DNA from: an uncultured bacterium
Lineage (GTDB): Bacteria > Krumholzibacteriota > Krumholzibacteriia > Krumholzibacteriales > Krumholzibacteriaceae
Length of the DNA stretch: 64,000 nucleotides
Reading direction: 5' to 3'
Assembly: GCA_963786935.1 (NCBI GenBank)
Contig: CAWBAN010000004.1
Coordinates: 32,001 to 96,000, forward strand
In this document: one piece after another, positions 20,201-30,770 of the stretch
How positions within the stretch are numbered: the first letter of the stretch is position 1
Layout of the letters: each line of letters begins with the position of its first letter
Made by a program: the position numbers and the translations under genes
Notes under the pieces: model-generated
What the model saw: the letters and a program-made list of their open reading frames with translations, nothing else
Databases searched by the model: none
Told to the model about the DNA's origin: nothing

Positions 20201-22521
20201 CGGGGGGCTGACCGAGACGGAAGATGCCTTCGGCGAGGCGATGGGAGCGCGCGCCAAGCGTGACCGCCGCCGCCGAGTTGTTGCCCTCGGCGCCGCGTTT
20301 GCGATGCTCCTCGCTGTCATTGTGGTTATCAGCTGGTACGGACGGGCCCAGAGGCTCGCGCACCTGCAGTCCGAGGCCGGGAAGATTGTGGCCCTCGGTC
20401 AAGGCCAGATCGAGGAGGATCCGAGTGTCGCGCTCGCGCACGCGATCGCCGCTCTCGAGCTCGTCGATACTCCAGCGAACCGCACGTTTCGCTCTCGATG
20501 CGCTGTCTCGAGGTCCGATCGGGTTCTTCATGCCGATTCCTGCGGACTTGCAATCGAAGAATGCGGTGGTGAGCCCTGACGGGAAGCGAATCGCGGTTGC
20601 CGGCTATGGAGGAATTCGTGTGTACTCGTGGGACGGGTCTCCGCCGGTGAAGATCGAGGATTACTATGCGGCGGGATTCAGCACGGCGTGGTTCGCTCCG
20701 GATGGAGATCGGCTCATTTGGACGGACCGCCAGAATTTCAGCAAGGTGCACGTGTGGTCCCTTTCCGCCGGGAAGGAAGTCCGCACATTCGAATTCGAGG
20801 CCTTCACATACACCGGCGTCGTAGGAGACCGGCTCATTCTCTTCACGTTTATGTCGGGCGCGGGGCTTAAGGGCAAGACAATCGTTCGAGAGTGGGGATT
20901 CGATGAGAACGATCCCAAGGAAATCGCCAGGTGGGAACGCTCGGAGTTGGGCGGGTTCCCCACGCCGGAACCGGCTTGGCGTTGGATCATGTACCGGCAG
21001 GGCCGCGCGCTCTACGTCTGTCCGCCCGCGGAGCTGGGCCGTTTTCGCGGCCGACTCGTGGGAGAGCACCCGTTCGAGTTGAGCAGAGCAGCCTTCGACC
21101 CCTCCGGAGAGAGGATAGCCTCCGCCGATACGTCCGGAGAGATCCGCATATGGTCCGTCGAGGGAAGCCCGCGGGAACCGCTTCGCGTCTTCCACGGCGA
21201 CAACCCGGTGCGGGGTCTGCAATTCGATCCTTCGGGAACATACCTTACGGCCATCTGCAGACCGAAGCAAAAGATCTATTGCTGGGATCTGAATGCTCCG
21301 TGGGACGCGGCTCCCACCGTTCTTCGAACGGAGCAGGAGGACCTGGTACAGGGCCATCCGCTCCTCTATAACTTCGATCCGGCCGGAAGATGGATTGTCG
21401 CGACGTACCTCTCCGGCGTCGCGTTCTGGCCTCTCGAGCGCCCGAGCCATTGGACGATGCCGGGGAGCTTGGCGAACTTCGATGCTGAGGGACGAGTGGT
21501 GATTGACGCGGGGAATGGCCGTCTACGACTCCAGAGTCCCGACGGGGGATCCACGCGTGATTTCATGGTCTTGGACCGCTGGTCCACAAACATGGTGGAG
21601 ATATTCGACCCCCTTCGCAGATATATGGTCGTCGCTGGAGAAGGGCTCGAAGGCCTGAATCTCGTCTCTCTCTCGGATGGAGGCACCCGCCGTCTCCCTG
21701 ATGAACCGCCCGGGGGCTTATTCAGTGTGCCAGTGCTCAGTCTTGATGGGAAGTACATAGCCGCCGATCGTATCGTCTCAGTGGGCGATTCAACGGAGCA
21801 GAAGATCACGGGGCTCCGGGTGTGGAACCTCGAAAGGAACTCCTTTCGCATCCTGGAGGGATCGAAAGGAATGGAGCTCTGGACCCTCGCATTCTCCGAA
21901 GACGGCAGCCTCTTCTCAGGGGACCATGAGGGGAACATTCTGCGGTGGAACGTTAAGGACGGCACAAGCACTACGATCGACAAGAGCAAGCTTACCGCCG
22001 TGAACAAACTGGCTACGATTAATGGCGGAAGGGATCTCCTCGCCTGCACCGCGTCGAGCAGCAATGTTACCCAAGCCTATACATCGGCGCTGAAGGTCTA
22101 TGATCTCGAGAAGAGAACCTCTCGCGCGATTACGACGCACGGGAATAAGATCATAGTGTGCGATCTCGATTCGGCGAAGACGCAGCTCGCCACGTTCAGC
22201 GCGGACGGCACGATTCGGGTCGGGCCGGTTGCGGGGGAGGAGCCGCATCTTCTGTTCATGCCGGCCAAGACGAGTTATCCGTGGGCATTCGTTTCGCCGG
22301 ACGGCAATTGGATTGTCTGCGCCGGAGCACCTTTCAAGGAATATACCCTGTGGCGGACGCCTCAGGGGCGACCCATCCAAACGCTTCCACACAAGGAATT
22401 TCTCGAGTATCTGCGCGCTCAGACGAACTGGCGCGTCGTGCAGGACAGAACCGCTCAGGCAGGCTACCGGGTCGACACGGTGCCATTCCCGGGCTTGGAC
22501 AAGCTGCCGCCTCAGCGATAA
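17243..22521 (+). CDS. Tandem Ser/Thr kinase x2 + nSTAND1-like NTPase + TM + WD40-like beta-propeller (4 frameshifts at about 18572, 19871, 20205, 20490)
   Basis: Kinase 1: GSGGMG, HRDIKPAN, DFG, YMSPE. Kinase 2: GRGGMG, HRDLKP(AN), DFG, YMSPE. STAND: PYPGL..F, FFGRE, GPSGVGKSS, LLVIDQFEELFT, MRDDF, GALPL, EIVHESLL..WPRL..W. TM VVALGAAFAMLLAVIVVISWY. Propeller repeats SPDG, FDPSG, FSEDG. About 1758 aa joined. Confidence 0.85.
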
Positions 22522-22533
22522 GGCGAGGGCAGG

Positions 22534-25453
22534 ATGATCGGTCGGACGATATCGCATTACAAGATAGTCGAGAAGCTCGGCGAAGGCGGCATGGGCGTCG
22601 TCTACAAAGCCGAGGACCTCAAGCTCAAGCGCTTTGTCGCCCTTAAATTTCTCCATCAGCAGATGCGCGACGAGCACGCCGCCCAGCGCTTTATCCATGA
22701 AGCGCAGACGGTGTCGGCGCTCGAGCACCCCCATATCTGCGCGATCCACGAGATCGACGAGACCCCCGAGGGGCAGATGTTCATCGTGATGCCCTGCTAC
22801 GAGGGGGAATCCCTGCAGAAGCGGATCGAGCGGGGGCCGCTCTCGATCGACGAGACGCTCGAGATCGGGAGCCAGATCGCCTCGGGGCTCGCGCGGGCGC
22901 ACGAGAAGGGGATCATCCACCGGGACATGAAACCGGGGAACGTGCTCCTGACGAAGGACGGGGCGAAGATCGTGGACTTCGGGCTCGCGAAGCTCACGAC
23001 GCAGACGAAGCTCACGCGGACGGGGATGACGCTCGGGACGGTGATCTACATGTCGCCCGAGCAGGCGCGGGGGGCAGAGGTCGATCAACGCTCCGACATC
23101 TGGTCGCTCGGTGTCATGCTCTACGAGATGGCGACGGGGAAGCCGCCGTTCCGCGGCGAATACGACCAGGCGCTGATCTACTCGATCCTGAACGAGGAGC
23201 CGGAGCTTGCGACTTCAGTGCGCAAGGAGGTGCCGGCGGAGCTCGAGGACATCATCGCGAAGGCGCTCGCGAAGAAGCCGGAGGAGCGATACCAGAGCGC
23301 CGGGGATCTGCTCGCCGCGCTTACCGCACTCAGGCAGGAGCTTTCAGTCGGCCCCGGAGGCGCGGTGGGCCGGAGGCTCTCGAAGGTGGCGCAGCGCCGC
23401 GTGCGCCGGAAGCTGCTGCTCCGGGCCGGTATCCCCGCGGCTGTCGTGATCGCCGTAGCGGCGTATTTCATCATCGAATCGATCCTCGTGAAGCCGGTGC
23501 CGCTCGCCGAGCGGCCGAAGATCGCGGTGCTCGCGTTCGAAAATCAGACGGGTGATCCGGCGCTGGACTATCTCAGCGAAGGGATTCCCTACGGGCTCAT
23601 CGTCCGTCTCGAAGAGCAGGCGCAGTACGTGCGCGTGACGACGCAGGAGCGGCTGGGCGATCTCGTGCGGCGGATCGGCCAGGCGCAGGCCGCTCCGATC
23701 GACCGGGAGATGGCTTTGAAAGCGTGCCGGATGGACAGCGTGGACGCGGTCGTCACGGGAAGCTTCACGAAGGCGGGGAATCTCTACGAGACAAGAATTA
23801 AGGTGGAGGATCCGCGGACGAACGCGATTCTCGGGATGAGGAGCGCCCAAGGAGAGAAGGTCGAGAGCATCATCAGCTCCCAGAGCGACGAGCTGTGCCG
23901 GGAGATCGCGAAGATCGTGGGTGTCTCATCGATAAAGGTTCGGAAGTCATCGCAGTCGGTCGCGGATGTGACGACCAAATCGCCTGAAGCGCTCAGATAT
24001 TTCATCCAAGGGAAGGATCATTCGGACAAGTATCGAATTCGGCGAGGCGCGGCGCTGCTTCGACAAGGCGATCGCGCTCGATTCGACCTTCGCGACGGCG
24101 TACTACTACTATATCAATAACGTGCAGAGCGAATTCCAGCCGCGCTACACGAGGGAAAAGTACCACGCGCTGGCGATGAAGTATCTCGATCACGCGAACT
24201 GGAAAGAGCAGCGGTATATTCTCGCCAGGGATGCGGGATTCAAGAAAGACAGGAAGCGGGCGAAAGCCGAGCTCTTGAAGCTCGTCGAGCGATACCCCGA
24301 CGAGAAGGGGGGATTCTACGGTCTCGCCGGGTACGCGGATTCAGTGCAGGAATCCATTCGATATTACGAGCGGGCGATCGAGATCGATCCGTTGTTCAAG
24401 CTTCCCTATAACGGGCTGGCGTATGTTTACAAATACCTGGGCGATTCCGATAAGGCCATCGCCGCCGTCAACAAGTACATAGAGCTTGCCCCGGACGAGT
24501 CCAATCCTTACGACACGAAAGGGGACATCTACATATCCATGAACAAGCCCGAAGAAGCGCTCGCCGCTTTCGCGAAGTGCGATGAATTGACGGGTAAAAC
24601 GGACGGGGGTGTCATAACCGCCGAGATTTGGCTCATGCAGGGCAAGATCGACAAGGCCGAACGGGTGTTTCGCCGAGAGGCCGAGGGCCCTCTCCCCGGT
24701 TCGGCGGACGCAAGAACCTATCTGAGCATGACGCGGATGTTCGAAGGGAGATACAAAGAAGCGATCACCATGCTGGAAGAGGGCATCCGCCTCGACGAGC
24801 GGGACAGCGTCGGGGCCGGCATCTGGGTGCACGAGCAGAAATATCTGGAGAAGGCCGTCATTTATCTCGAGCTCGGGGACCGCGCCGCGGCCGCGCGGGA
24901 GCTCCTGAGATTCCACGCCGACAAGTTCTATCCGATGAAGGACTGGATTCGCGACCTCTATTTTTATATCATCGGCCAGCTCGAGCACGAGCCGCTTGCG
25001 CGTGACGCGTTTCAAGCATGGAGGGACAGCCTCGAAACGCCGAGAAGCAAAGGGAAGGGAGAATACTGGTTCGCCCTCGGGATGATGGCGCTCTCCGACG
25101 GGGATTCCAAAGCGGCCGCGGGCCATTTCAAGAAATTGAAATCCCAGGGAGTCAGCTGCTTCCTCGACCATTACATGCTGGCACAGGCCTATCTCGAGTC
25201 GGGCGAGCCCGGAGAGGCGATCGGCGAGCTCGAGGAGTCGCTCAAGTTCTGCGAGTATCCGCAGGGAGGCCGTATCGCGTTCGCGAATCTCGTCGCGAAT
25301 GCCTACTACCAGCTCGGAACGGCGAGCGAGGCGGTCGGCATCAAGAGCAAGGCGATCGAGAATTACCGGAAGTTCCTCGATATCCGGAAGAACGCCGATC
25401 CCGACCGGCCGGAGGTCGCCGACGCGCGGCGCCGGCTCGCTCGGCTCAGCTGA
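22534..25453 (+). CDS. Ser/Thr kinase + TM + TolB-N/FlgO-like domain + TPR (+1 frameshift at about 24037)
   Basis: GEGGMG, HRDMKPGN, DFG, YMSPE. TM GIPAAVVIAVAAYFII. IAVLAFENQTGDPALDYL. TPRs continue in ORF 24122..25453. About 972 aa joined. Confidence 0.88.
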
Positions 25454-25487
25454 TCTCGACGAATCTCTTACGACGGCGTCGCCCGCC

Positions 25488-25988
25488 TCAGCCGATCTCC
25501 ACGAACTTCGCGCGGACCACGCTGCAGACGGGGCACTTGTCGGGCGCCTCGCCCGTGAAGGTGTTGCCGCACGTCGGGCAGACCCAGATCTTCGCCGCGG
25601 CGAGGTCCTTCCCCGATTTCACCGCTTCGAGCGCTTTCGAGTAGAGCCCGTGGTGGACCTCCTCGACCGCCATGGCGTACTTGAACGACACGAGGGCGCC
25701 CTTGTTCGCTTCCTTCTCGGCCTCGGCGACGAACTTCGGGTACATCTGCTGGAACTCGAACCCTTCCCCCTCGACGGCGGCCTCGAGATTGGCGGCGGTG
25801 TCCTTGACGCCGCCGAGCACGCGCAGATGCGCGTGGGCGTGCACGGTCTCGGCCTCGGCCGCGGCGCGGAAGAGCTTGGCGACCTGCGGGTAGCCGTCGG
25901 CTTCGGCCTTTTTGGCGAAGGCGAGGTATTTGCGGTTCGCCTGGCTCTCGCCGGCGAAGGCTTCCTTGAGATTATCGGTCGTCGACAT
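25488..25988 (-). CDS. rbr: Rubrerythrin
   Basis: NLKEAFAGESQANRKY, AETVHA, VEEVHH and a rubredoxin tail CPTCG...CPVC. GAAAGGAG SD. Confidence 0.95.
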   Translation of the reverse strand: MSTTDNLKEAFAGESQANRKYLAFAKKAEADGYPQVAKLFRAAAEAETVHAHAHLRVLGGVKDTAANLEAAVEGEGFEFQQMYPKFVAEAEKEANKGALVSFKYAMAVEEVHHGLYSKALEAVKSGKDLAAAKIWVCPTCGNTFTGEAPDKCPVCSVVRAKFVEIG

Positions 25989-26191
25989 AGGTGTTCTCCT
26001 TTCAAAGGGAATAATTACGATTTGAATAATAGTATAAACGGCCCACCCCGCGCAAACCCTCTTATTTATATGGAGAGTCGGAGCGGTTCTTGCAAAATGG
26101 CATCCCTTGATCCGGTATCTGTCAGGAATGCTTGCAATTTTCGGCTGATCGGGATACCCCGATGGTGGAACTTCGACCAGGAGGTGCTCGA

Positions 26192-28912
26192 ATGACAAAG
26201 CGCTCCGGCTTGTCATGGATTCTCGTGATCCTCTGGATTCTTCTCGCCGCAGGCGCGGCGAAGGCGCAGTGGATCAAGGACGGCGTGCCTATCGGCAGCG
26301 CCGAATACACGCAATACCAGCCGAGGATCGCTCCGGACGGAGCGGGCGGCGCGATCGTCGCCTGGTCCGATCTCCGGTCGGGCACGGACTACGATATCTA
26401 CGGCAACAGGATCAGTGGCGACGGCAATTACGGAGGTTCGGGCCTGCCGCTGTGCATGGCCCCCGGAAATCAGTACATGGCCGGGCTGGTGTACGACGGC
26501 TCGGGCGGCCTGATCATCGTGTGGATGGACGAACGCTACGGCAGCGCGCACATATTCGCCCAGAAGGCCGATACGATGGGCAACGTTTACTGGGCGACCG
26601 ACGGCATCGATATCTGCCCCTACTCGAACAGCCCCGGCACGCCGGTCGTGATTCCGGACGGCTCGGGCGGCGCGATCGTCTCGTGGCATGAATACAGAGA
26701 TTCGAGCAACGACATATACGCGCAGCGCATCGACGCGAGCGGCACGCTTCTCTGGGGGGACTCGGGCGCGGTCGTCAGCGCGATTCCGGTCGAGCAGTAC
26801 AGCCCGTCGATCGTGGCGGACGGCATGGGCGGCGCGATCATCGCGTGGACCGATTATCGAGGCGACGGGGACATCTACGCGCAGCGCATCGACTCGAGCG
26901 GCGCCGTTCTCTGGGACACTCTCGGGATGCCGATCTGCGCCGCGGTCAATAACCAGTATGACGTGCGGCTGATCCCGGTCTCCGGCGGCGCGATCGCCAT
27001 CTGGTCCGATCAGCGCAATTGGTACGAAGACGCGTATGCCCAGCGCATCGACGGTGACGGTATGCCCCTGTGGAATCTCGATGGAATATCCGTCTGCGAC
27101 GACGCCGGCGGCGGCTATCAGAAATACAGCCCCGCGATCGCCATCGACGGCTCGGACGGCGCGATCGTCGTCTGGGGGGAAAACAGATACGCGGATTCCT
27201 ACGAGGTGTTCGGGCAGCGGCTCGGGTATGACGGCGCGAGGGCGTGGGGCTCGATGGGCGAGAAGCTCATTCCGTGCTATTCGTGGAACAGCGATTTCGC
27301 CATTGCGCCGGACGGCTTCGGCGGCGCGATCGTCGCCGCTGACGTTTACTGGGACGAAGAATCGCCTCTGGACATCTGGGCCCAAAGGGTCGATCACGAC
27401 GGAAACGTTCTCTGGGGAACGAACGGCATGTCCGTCTGCTCCGCCTCCTACGATCAGTACAATCCGGTCGTCGTGCCCGACGGCTCCGGCGGAGCGTTCT
27501 TCGCATGGGAGGACTACCGCGAAGAAACGAACGGCAACTCCGACATATATTGCCAGCGCCTCGGCAGCGGGGGCTTCTGGGGGCATCCTGAGCCCGCGAT
27601 CGTATGGTGCGGGGACGTTCCCAACGATCAGGGAGGCTGGGTGCGAATCAGGACGAGGGCTTCGGCGCTCGACGGTGCGGGCATGGACCCCGCGATCTTC
27701 GGATATAACGTCTGGCGATTGATCGGCGGCGGCGGCGGTCCGACGGCGGTTTCGGCGCGCACCGTTCCGGCCGACCGCGCGGCGGCCGTGGCGATTCTCA
27801 GCGATCCCGCGACGGCCATCGGCGTGCGGGTGAGCGGGCCGCAGGCGGCCTCGCTCGGTCTCCCCGAGGGAGAATGGGAATCGGTCGGCTTCTGGTTCGC
27901 CATGCGGGACACCGTGTACAACATCGCCGTTCCGACGAAGGACGACTCGACCGAGGCGGGAACTCCGTGGGAGACGTTCGTCGTCACGGCGCATACGACG
28001 ATTCCGGGCATCTTCATCGCCTCCGAGCCCGCCGACGGCTATTCGATCGACAACCTCGCGCCGGGCATGACGCCGGGCTTCGAGGCGAGCGAGATCGCCG
28101 ATCCGGCGGGGCTCATGCTCTCGTGGTCGCCGAACGCGGCGTCCGATCTCTGGAAGTATGAGATCTATCGCGGCGACGAGGCGGGCTTCGTGCCCGACGC
28201 GTCGAATCTGCTCGGCTCCACGACCGGCACGACGCTCCATGACGGCACGTGGGTGAAGGCGTATATGTATTTCTACAAGCTCGTCGCCGTGGACCGGCAC
28301 GGGAATCCTTCCCCCGCGGCGCTCGTCCGTCCCGAGGACGTCAAGGTCGGCACGATGCTGCGAAGCTTCGCGGCCGCTCTCAGGCAGTCGGCGATCGAGA
28401 TCTCGTGGACGCTCGCGGAGATCGACGAGGGCACGGAGCTGCGCGCGGCCCGATCGACGGGCGGCGACTTCGCGGAGCTTCCCGCCGCGGCGATCGAGCG
28501 CGAGGGGCTCTCGTTCTCGCTCATCGACCGCACCATCGAGCCGGGAACGACCTATCGCTATCAGGTGAGCGCGATCGACGCGCGGGGGAGCCGCGTTCTC
28601 TTCGAGACGGACGGGATCGCGACGCCCGAGATGCCGCTCGCGCTGCATCAGAACCATCCGAACCCGTTCAATCCGTCGACGACGATCACCTACTACCTGC
28701 CGGCGGCGGCGGCGGTGACGCTCGACGTGTACGATACGGCCGGACGGCTCGTCACGAGGTTCTTGAATCAGGAGAATCAGGAGCGCGGAACCCATTCGGT
28801 CGAATGGCGCGGCGTTGACGCGCAGGGGCGCGCCGTGAGCTCGGGCGTGTACTTCTACCGGATCCGGTGCGGCAAGGACATCATTGCGCGCAAGATGATC
28901 CTCCTCCGATAA
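26192..28912 (+). CDS. Exported beta-propeller repeat protein with FN3-like domains and C-terminal FlgD-Ig / T9SS-A-like domain
   Basis: GGAGG SD and signal peptide. About 8 repeats of DG.GGAI..W.D.R....DIYAQRID..G..LW. C-terminus QNHPNPFNPSTTI...SSGVYFYR...KMILLR. Confidence 0.85.
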   Translation: MTKRSGLSWILVILWILLAAGAAKAQWIKDGVPIGSAEYTQYQPRIAPDGAGGAIVAWSDLRSGTDYDIYGNRISGDGNYGGSGLPLCMAPGNQYMAGLVYDGSGGLIIVWMDERYGSAHIFAQKADTMGNVYWATDGIDICPYSNSPGTPVVIPDGSGGAIVSWHEYRDSSNDIYAQRIDASGTLLWGDSGAVVSAIPVEQYSPSIVADGMGGAIIAWTDYRGDGDIYAQRIDSSGAVLWDTLGMPICAAVNNQYDVRLIPVSGGAIAIWSDQRNWYEDAYAQRIDGDGMPLWNLDGISVCDDAGGGYQKYSPAIAIDGSDGAIVVWGENRYADSYEVFGQRLGYDGARAWGSMGEKLIPCYSWNSDFAIAPDGFGGAIVAADVYWDEESPLDIWAQRVDHDGNVLWGTNGMSVCSASYDQYNPVVVPDGSGGAFFAWEDYREETNGNSDIYCQRLGSGGFWGHPEPAIVWCGDVPNDQGGWVRIRTRASALDGAGMDPAIFGYNVWRLIGGGGGPTAVSARTVPADRAAAVAILSDPATAIGVRVSGPQAASLGLPEGEWESVGFWFAMRDTVYNIAVPTKDDSTEAGTPWETFVVTAHTTIPGIFIASEPADGYSIDNLAPGMTPGFEASEIADPAGLMLSWSPNAASDLWKYEIYRGDEAGFVPDASNLLGSTTGTTLHDGTWVKAYMYFYKLVAVDRHGNPSPAALVRPEDVKVGTMLRSFAAALRQSAIEISWTLAEIDEGTELRAARSTGGDFAELPAAAIEREGLSFSLIDRTIEPGTTYRYQVSAIDARGSRVLFETDGIATPEMPLALHQNHPNPFNPSTTITYYLPAAAAVTLDVYDTAGRLVTRFLNQENQERGTHSVEWRGVDAQGRAVSSGVYFYRIRCGKDIIARKMILLR

Positions 28913-28938
28913 TCGCTCATCGAGTCCGCTGAATGATG

Positions 28939-28972
28939 AAGGGAGCGGGGCGCACAACCCCGCTCCCTTTTT
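28939..28972 (+). terminator. Rho-independent terminator
   Basis: AAGGGAGCGGGG-CGCACAA-CCCCGCTCCCTT followed by T residues. Confidence 0.85.
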
Positions 28973-29023
28973 GTTCCATCGGCGTGCCGAGGCATGAACG
29001 CCGCGCAAAAACGCCGGGCGCGG

Positions 29024-29878
29024 CTATTCGACCGAGGCGAACGTGTCCCCCTGATTGAGATCGCCCGTCCTGAATCCCTTGAGGAACCAGCCGCGGCGCT
29101 GCTCGGAGGTGCCGTGCGTGAACGAATCGGGAACGACGTAGCCCTGCGATTTCATTTGAATGCGATCGTCTCCGACGGCGGCCGCGGCGTTCAACGCCTC
29201 TTCGATGTCGCCTTCCTCGAGGATGTCCTTCGTTTGCTGCGCATAGTGGGCCCAGACCCCCGCGAGGAAATCGGCCTGCAGCTCGAGCTTCACGAGCTGC
29301 GCGCGGTACTCGTCGTCGCTCGCCCTTCCTCGCAGGCTCTGCACCCGATCCGAGATCCCCAGCAGCTTCTGAACGTGATGCCCCACCTCGTGGGCGATGA
29401 TGTAGGCCATCGCGAAATCGCCCTCCGCGCCCAGCTTCCGCTGCAGGTCCTGCAGAAAGGAAAGGTCGATGTACACCTTTTCGTCTTCCGGGCAATAGAA
29501 AGGACCCGTCGCGGACGCGGCGTAGCCGCAGGCCGACTCGGCGGAGCCGGTGAAAAGGACGATCGTCGGTTCCCGATAGGCCTGTCCCATCTCCCGGAAC
29601 AGAGCATGCCAGATGTCTTCCGTGTCCTTCAGCACCACGGAGGCGAACTCGGCCAGCTCCGCTTCGGCCGCGATGACCGCGGAATCGCCGCCGGAAGCGG
29701 CGTATTGGCCGCCCGTGGATTGAAGCGTGTCGATGACCTGGCCGGGATTGCCCCCCAGCAGCCAGACGAGCGCCGCGACGACGATGATGCCCACGCCGCC
29801 GCCGGCCGCCAGTTTCCTGCCGCCGAGCATCCGGCGGTCTTCGATATTGCCGCTCTGCGCCCGCCCCCTCCATTTCAT
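29024..29878 (-). CDS. Neutral zinc metallopeptidase (YpfJ family)
   Basis: MKW.GR..S.NIEDRR, GPFYCP.D.KVYID, YIIAHEVGHHVQ, ELQADF.AG, FTHGTSEQR. Confidence 0.92.
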   Translation of the reverse strand: MKWRGRAQSGNIEDRRMLGGRKLAAGGGVGIIVVAALVWLLGGNPGQVIDTLQSTGGQYAASGGDSAVIAAEAELAEFASVVLKDTEDIWHALFREMGQAYREPTIVLFTGSAESACGYAASATGPFYCPEDEKVYIDLSFLQDLQRKLGAEGDFAMAYIIAHEVGHHVQKLLGISDRVQSLRGRASDDEYRAQLVKLELQADFLAGVWAHYAQQTKDILEEGDIEEALNAAAAVGDDRIQMKSQGYVVPDSFTHGTSEQRRGWFLKGFRTGDLNQGDTFASVE

Positions 29879-29984
29879 AGGTACCTCCCGCGTTCGGATT
29901 TCATGCGGATTTCTTCGATCACCGCCGCCGATTGTAGGTATCCGGGCCGGGGCGAGCCAAGCGGAAAATTCTCCCGAATCCGCT

Positions 29985-30012
29985 TTGACGCGCCCCGCCG
30001 CGGCGCTATACT
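29985..30012 (+). promoter_or_regulatory. sigma70-type promoter of the dtxR-feoAB operon
   Basis: TTGACG-N16-TATACT. Confidence 0.6.
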
Positions 30013-30044
30013 TATAGTCAGCTAACAATATTAGGGGAGGCTAA
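30012..30044 (+). promoter_or_regulatory. Tandem DtxR/MntR-type operator sites
   Basis: TTATAGTCAGCTAA (30012-30025) and TTAGGGGAGGCTAA (30031-30044) match or nearly match TTAG-N6-CTAA. The second overlaps the SD. Confidence 0.6.
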
Positions 30045-30046
30045 CA

Positions 30047-30481
30047 ATGGGGCGCCTGACTGAAGGATTGGAAGACTACCTCGAGGCCGTGCTGCTCGAG
30101 GAGCGGGAGCGCCGCGTCGTCCGCACGAAGGACCTCGCGCGCAGGCTCGGCGTGACGAGCCCGAGCGTGAACGCCGCGGTCCGCGAGCTCGGGAACCTCG
30201 GCCTCGTGAGGCACGAGTCGTACGGGCACATCGAGCTCACCCCCCGGGGGCGCAAGAGGGCGGCGCTCGTGTACTCCCGCCACCGGACGCTCTACCGTCT
30301 CTTCGTCGACGTTCTGAAGGTGCCCGCGAACGTTTCGGAGGCGAGCGCCTGCGGGATGGAGCATCACCTCGACGCGGGAGCGGTGAAGCGGCTCGCGCGC
30401 CTCCTCGAATTCCTCAGAAAGAAATCGAGCGCGAGCGGCGCCTTCGCCGCGGAGCTCAAGGAGGCGCTCGGTCGTGATTGA
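30047..30481 (+). CDS. DtxR/MntR-family metal-dependent transcriptional regulator
   Basis: EDYLEA, LARRLGVTSPSV, LT..G, RHR.L, AC.MEH. Confidence 0.93.
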   Translation: MGRLTEGLEDYLEAVLLEERERRVVRTKDLARRLGVTSPSVNAAVRELGNLGLVRHESYGHIELTPRGRKRAALVYSRHRTLYRLFVDVLKVPANVSEASACGMEHHLDAGAVKRLARLLEFLRKKSSASGAFAAELKEALGRD

Positions 30482-30770
30482 GAAGCCGCTCGCGGATCTG
30501 AAGCCGGGCGAAACGGCCGAGATCGTCTCCCTGAACGGCGGAGATGATTTCAAGGCGCGGCTGCGCGCCATGGGGCTCGCCGAGGGGCGGACGGTGCGCA
30601 AGCTCTCCCGCATCCGCTGGGGCGGCCCGATCGTGCTTCTCGTCCATCGCGCGCAGGTCGCGGTCGGCCGCGGCATGGCGCGGAAGATAGTCGTCCGCGT
30701 CAAGGACAAGGGCAAAGACAAGAAAGACAAAGGCACGAAGAAGGGCGGGGGCGCCGAAGACAATGGCTGA
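30474..30770 (+). CDS. feoA: Ferrous iron transport protein A
   Basis: LADLKPGETAEI...RLRAMGL.EG...GGPIV...A.KI.V, plus a Lys-rich tail. Confidence 0.9.
   Translation: MIEKPLADLKPGETAEIVSLNGGDDFKARLRAMGLAEGRTVRKLSRIRWGGPIVLLVHRAQVAVGRGMARKIVVRVKDKGKDKKDKGTKKGGGAEDNG

Noticed and set aside
19860..20230. TGA stops in the kinase-STAND gene as selenocysteine or recoding, or as programmed frameshifts
   Set aside because: The coding sequence continues in a different frame rather than in-frame, and the shift sites share no slippery motif.
26213..29008. Long antisense and alternative-frame ORFs (also 11407..13902, 33252..35147, 48507..50339, 62125..63855)
   Set aside because: Shadow ORFs expected at high GC. 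They overlap well-supported genes and have Arg/Ala/Pro-rich sequence with no motifs.
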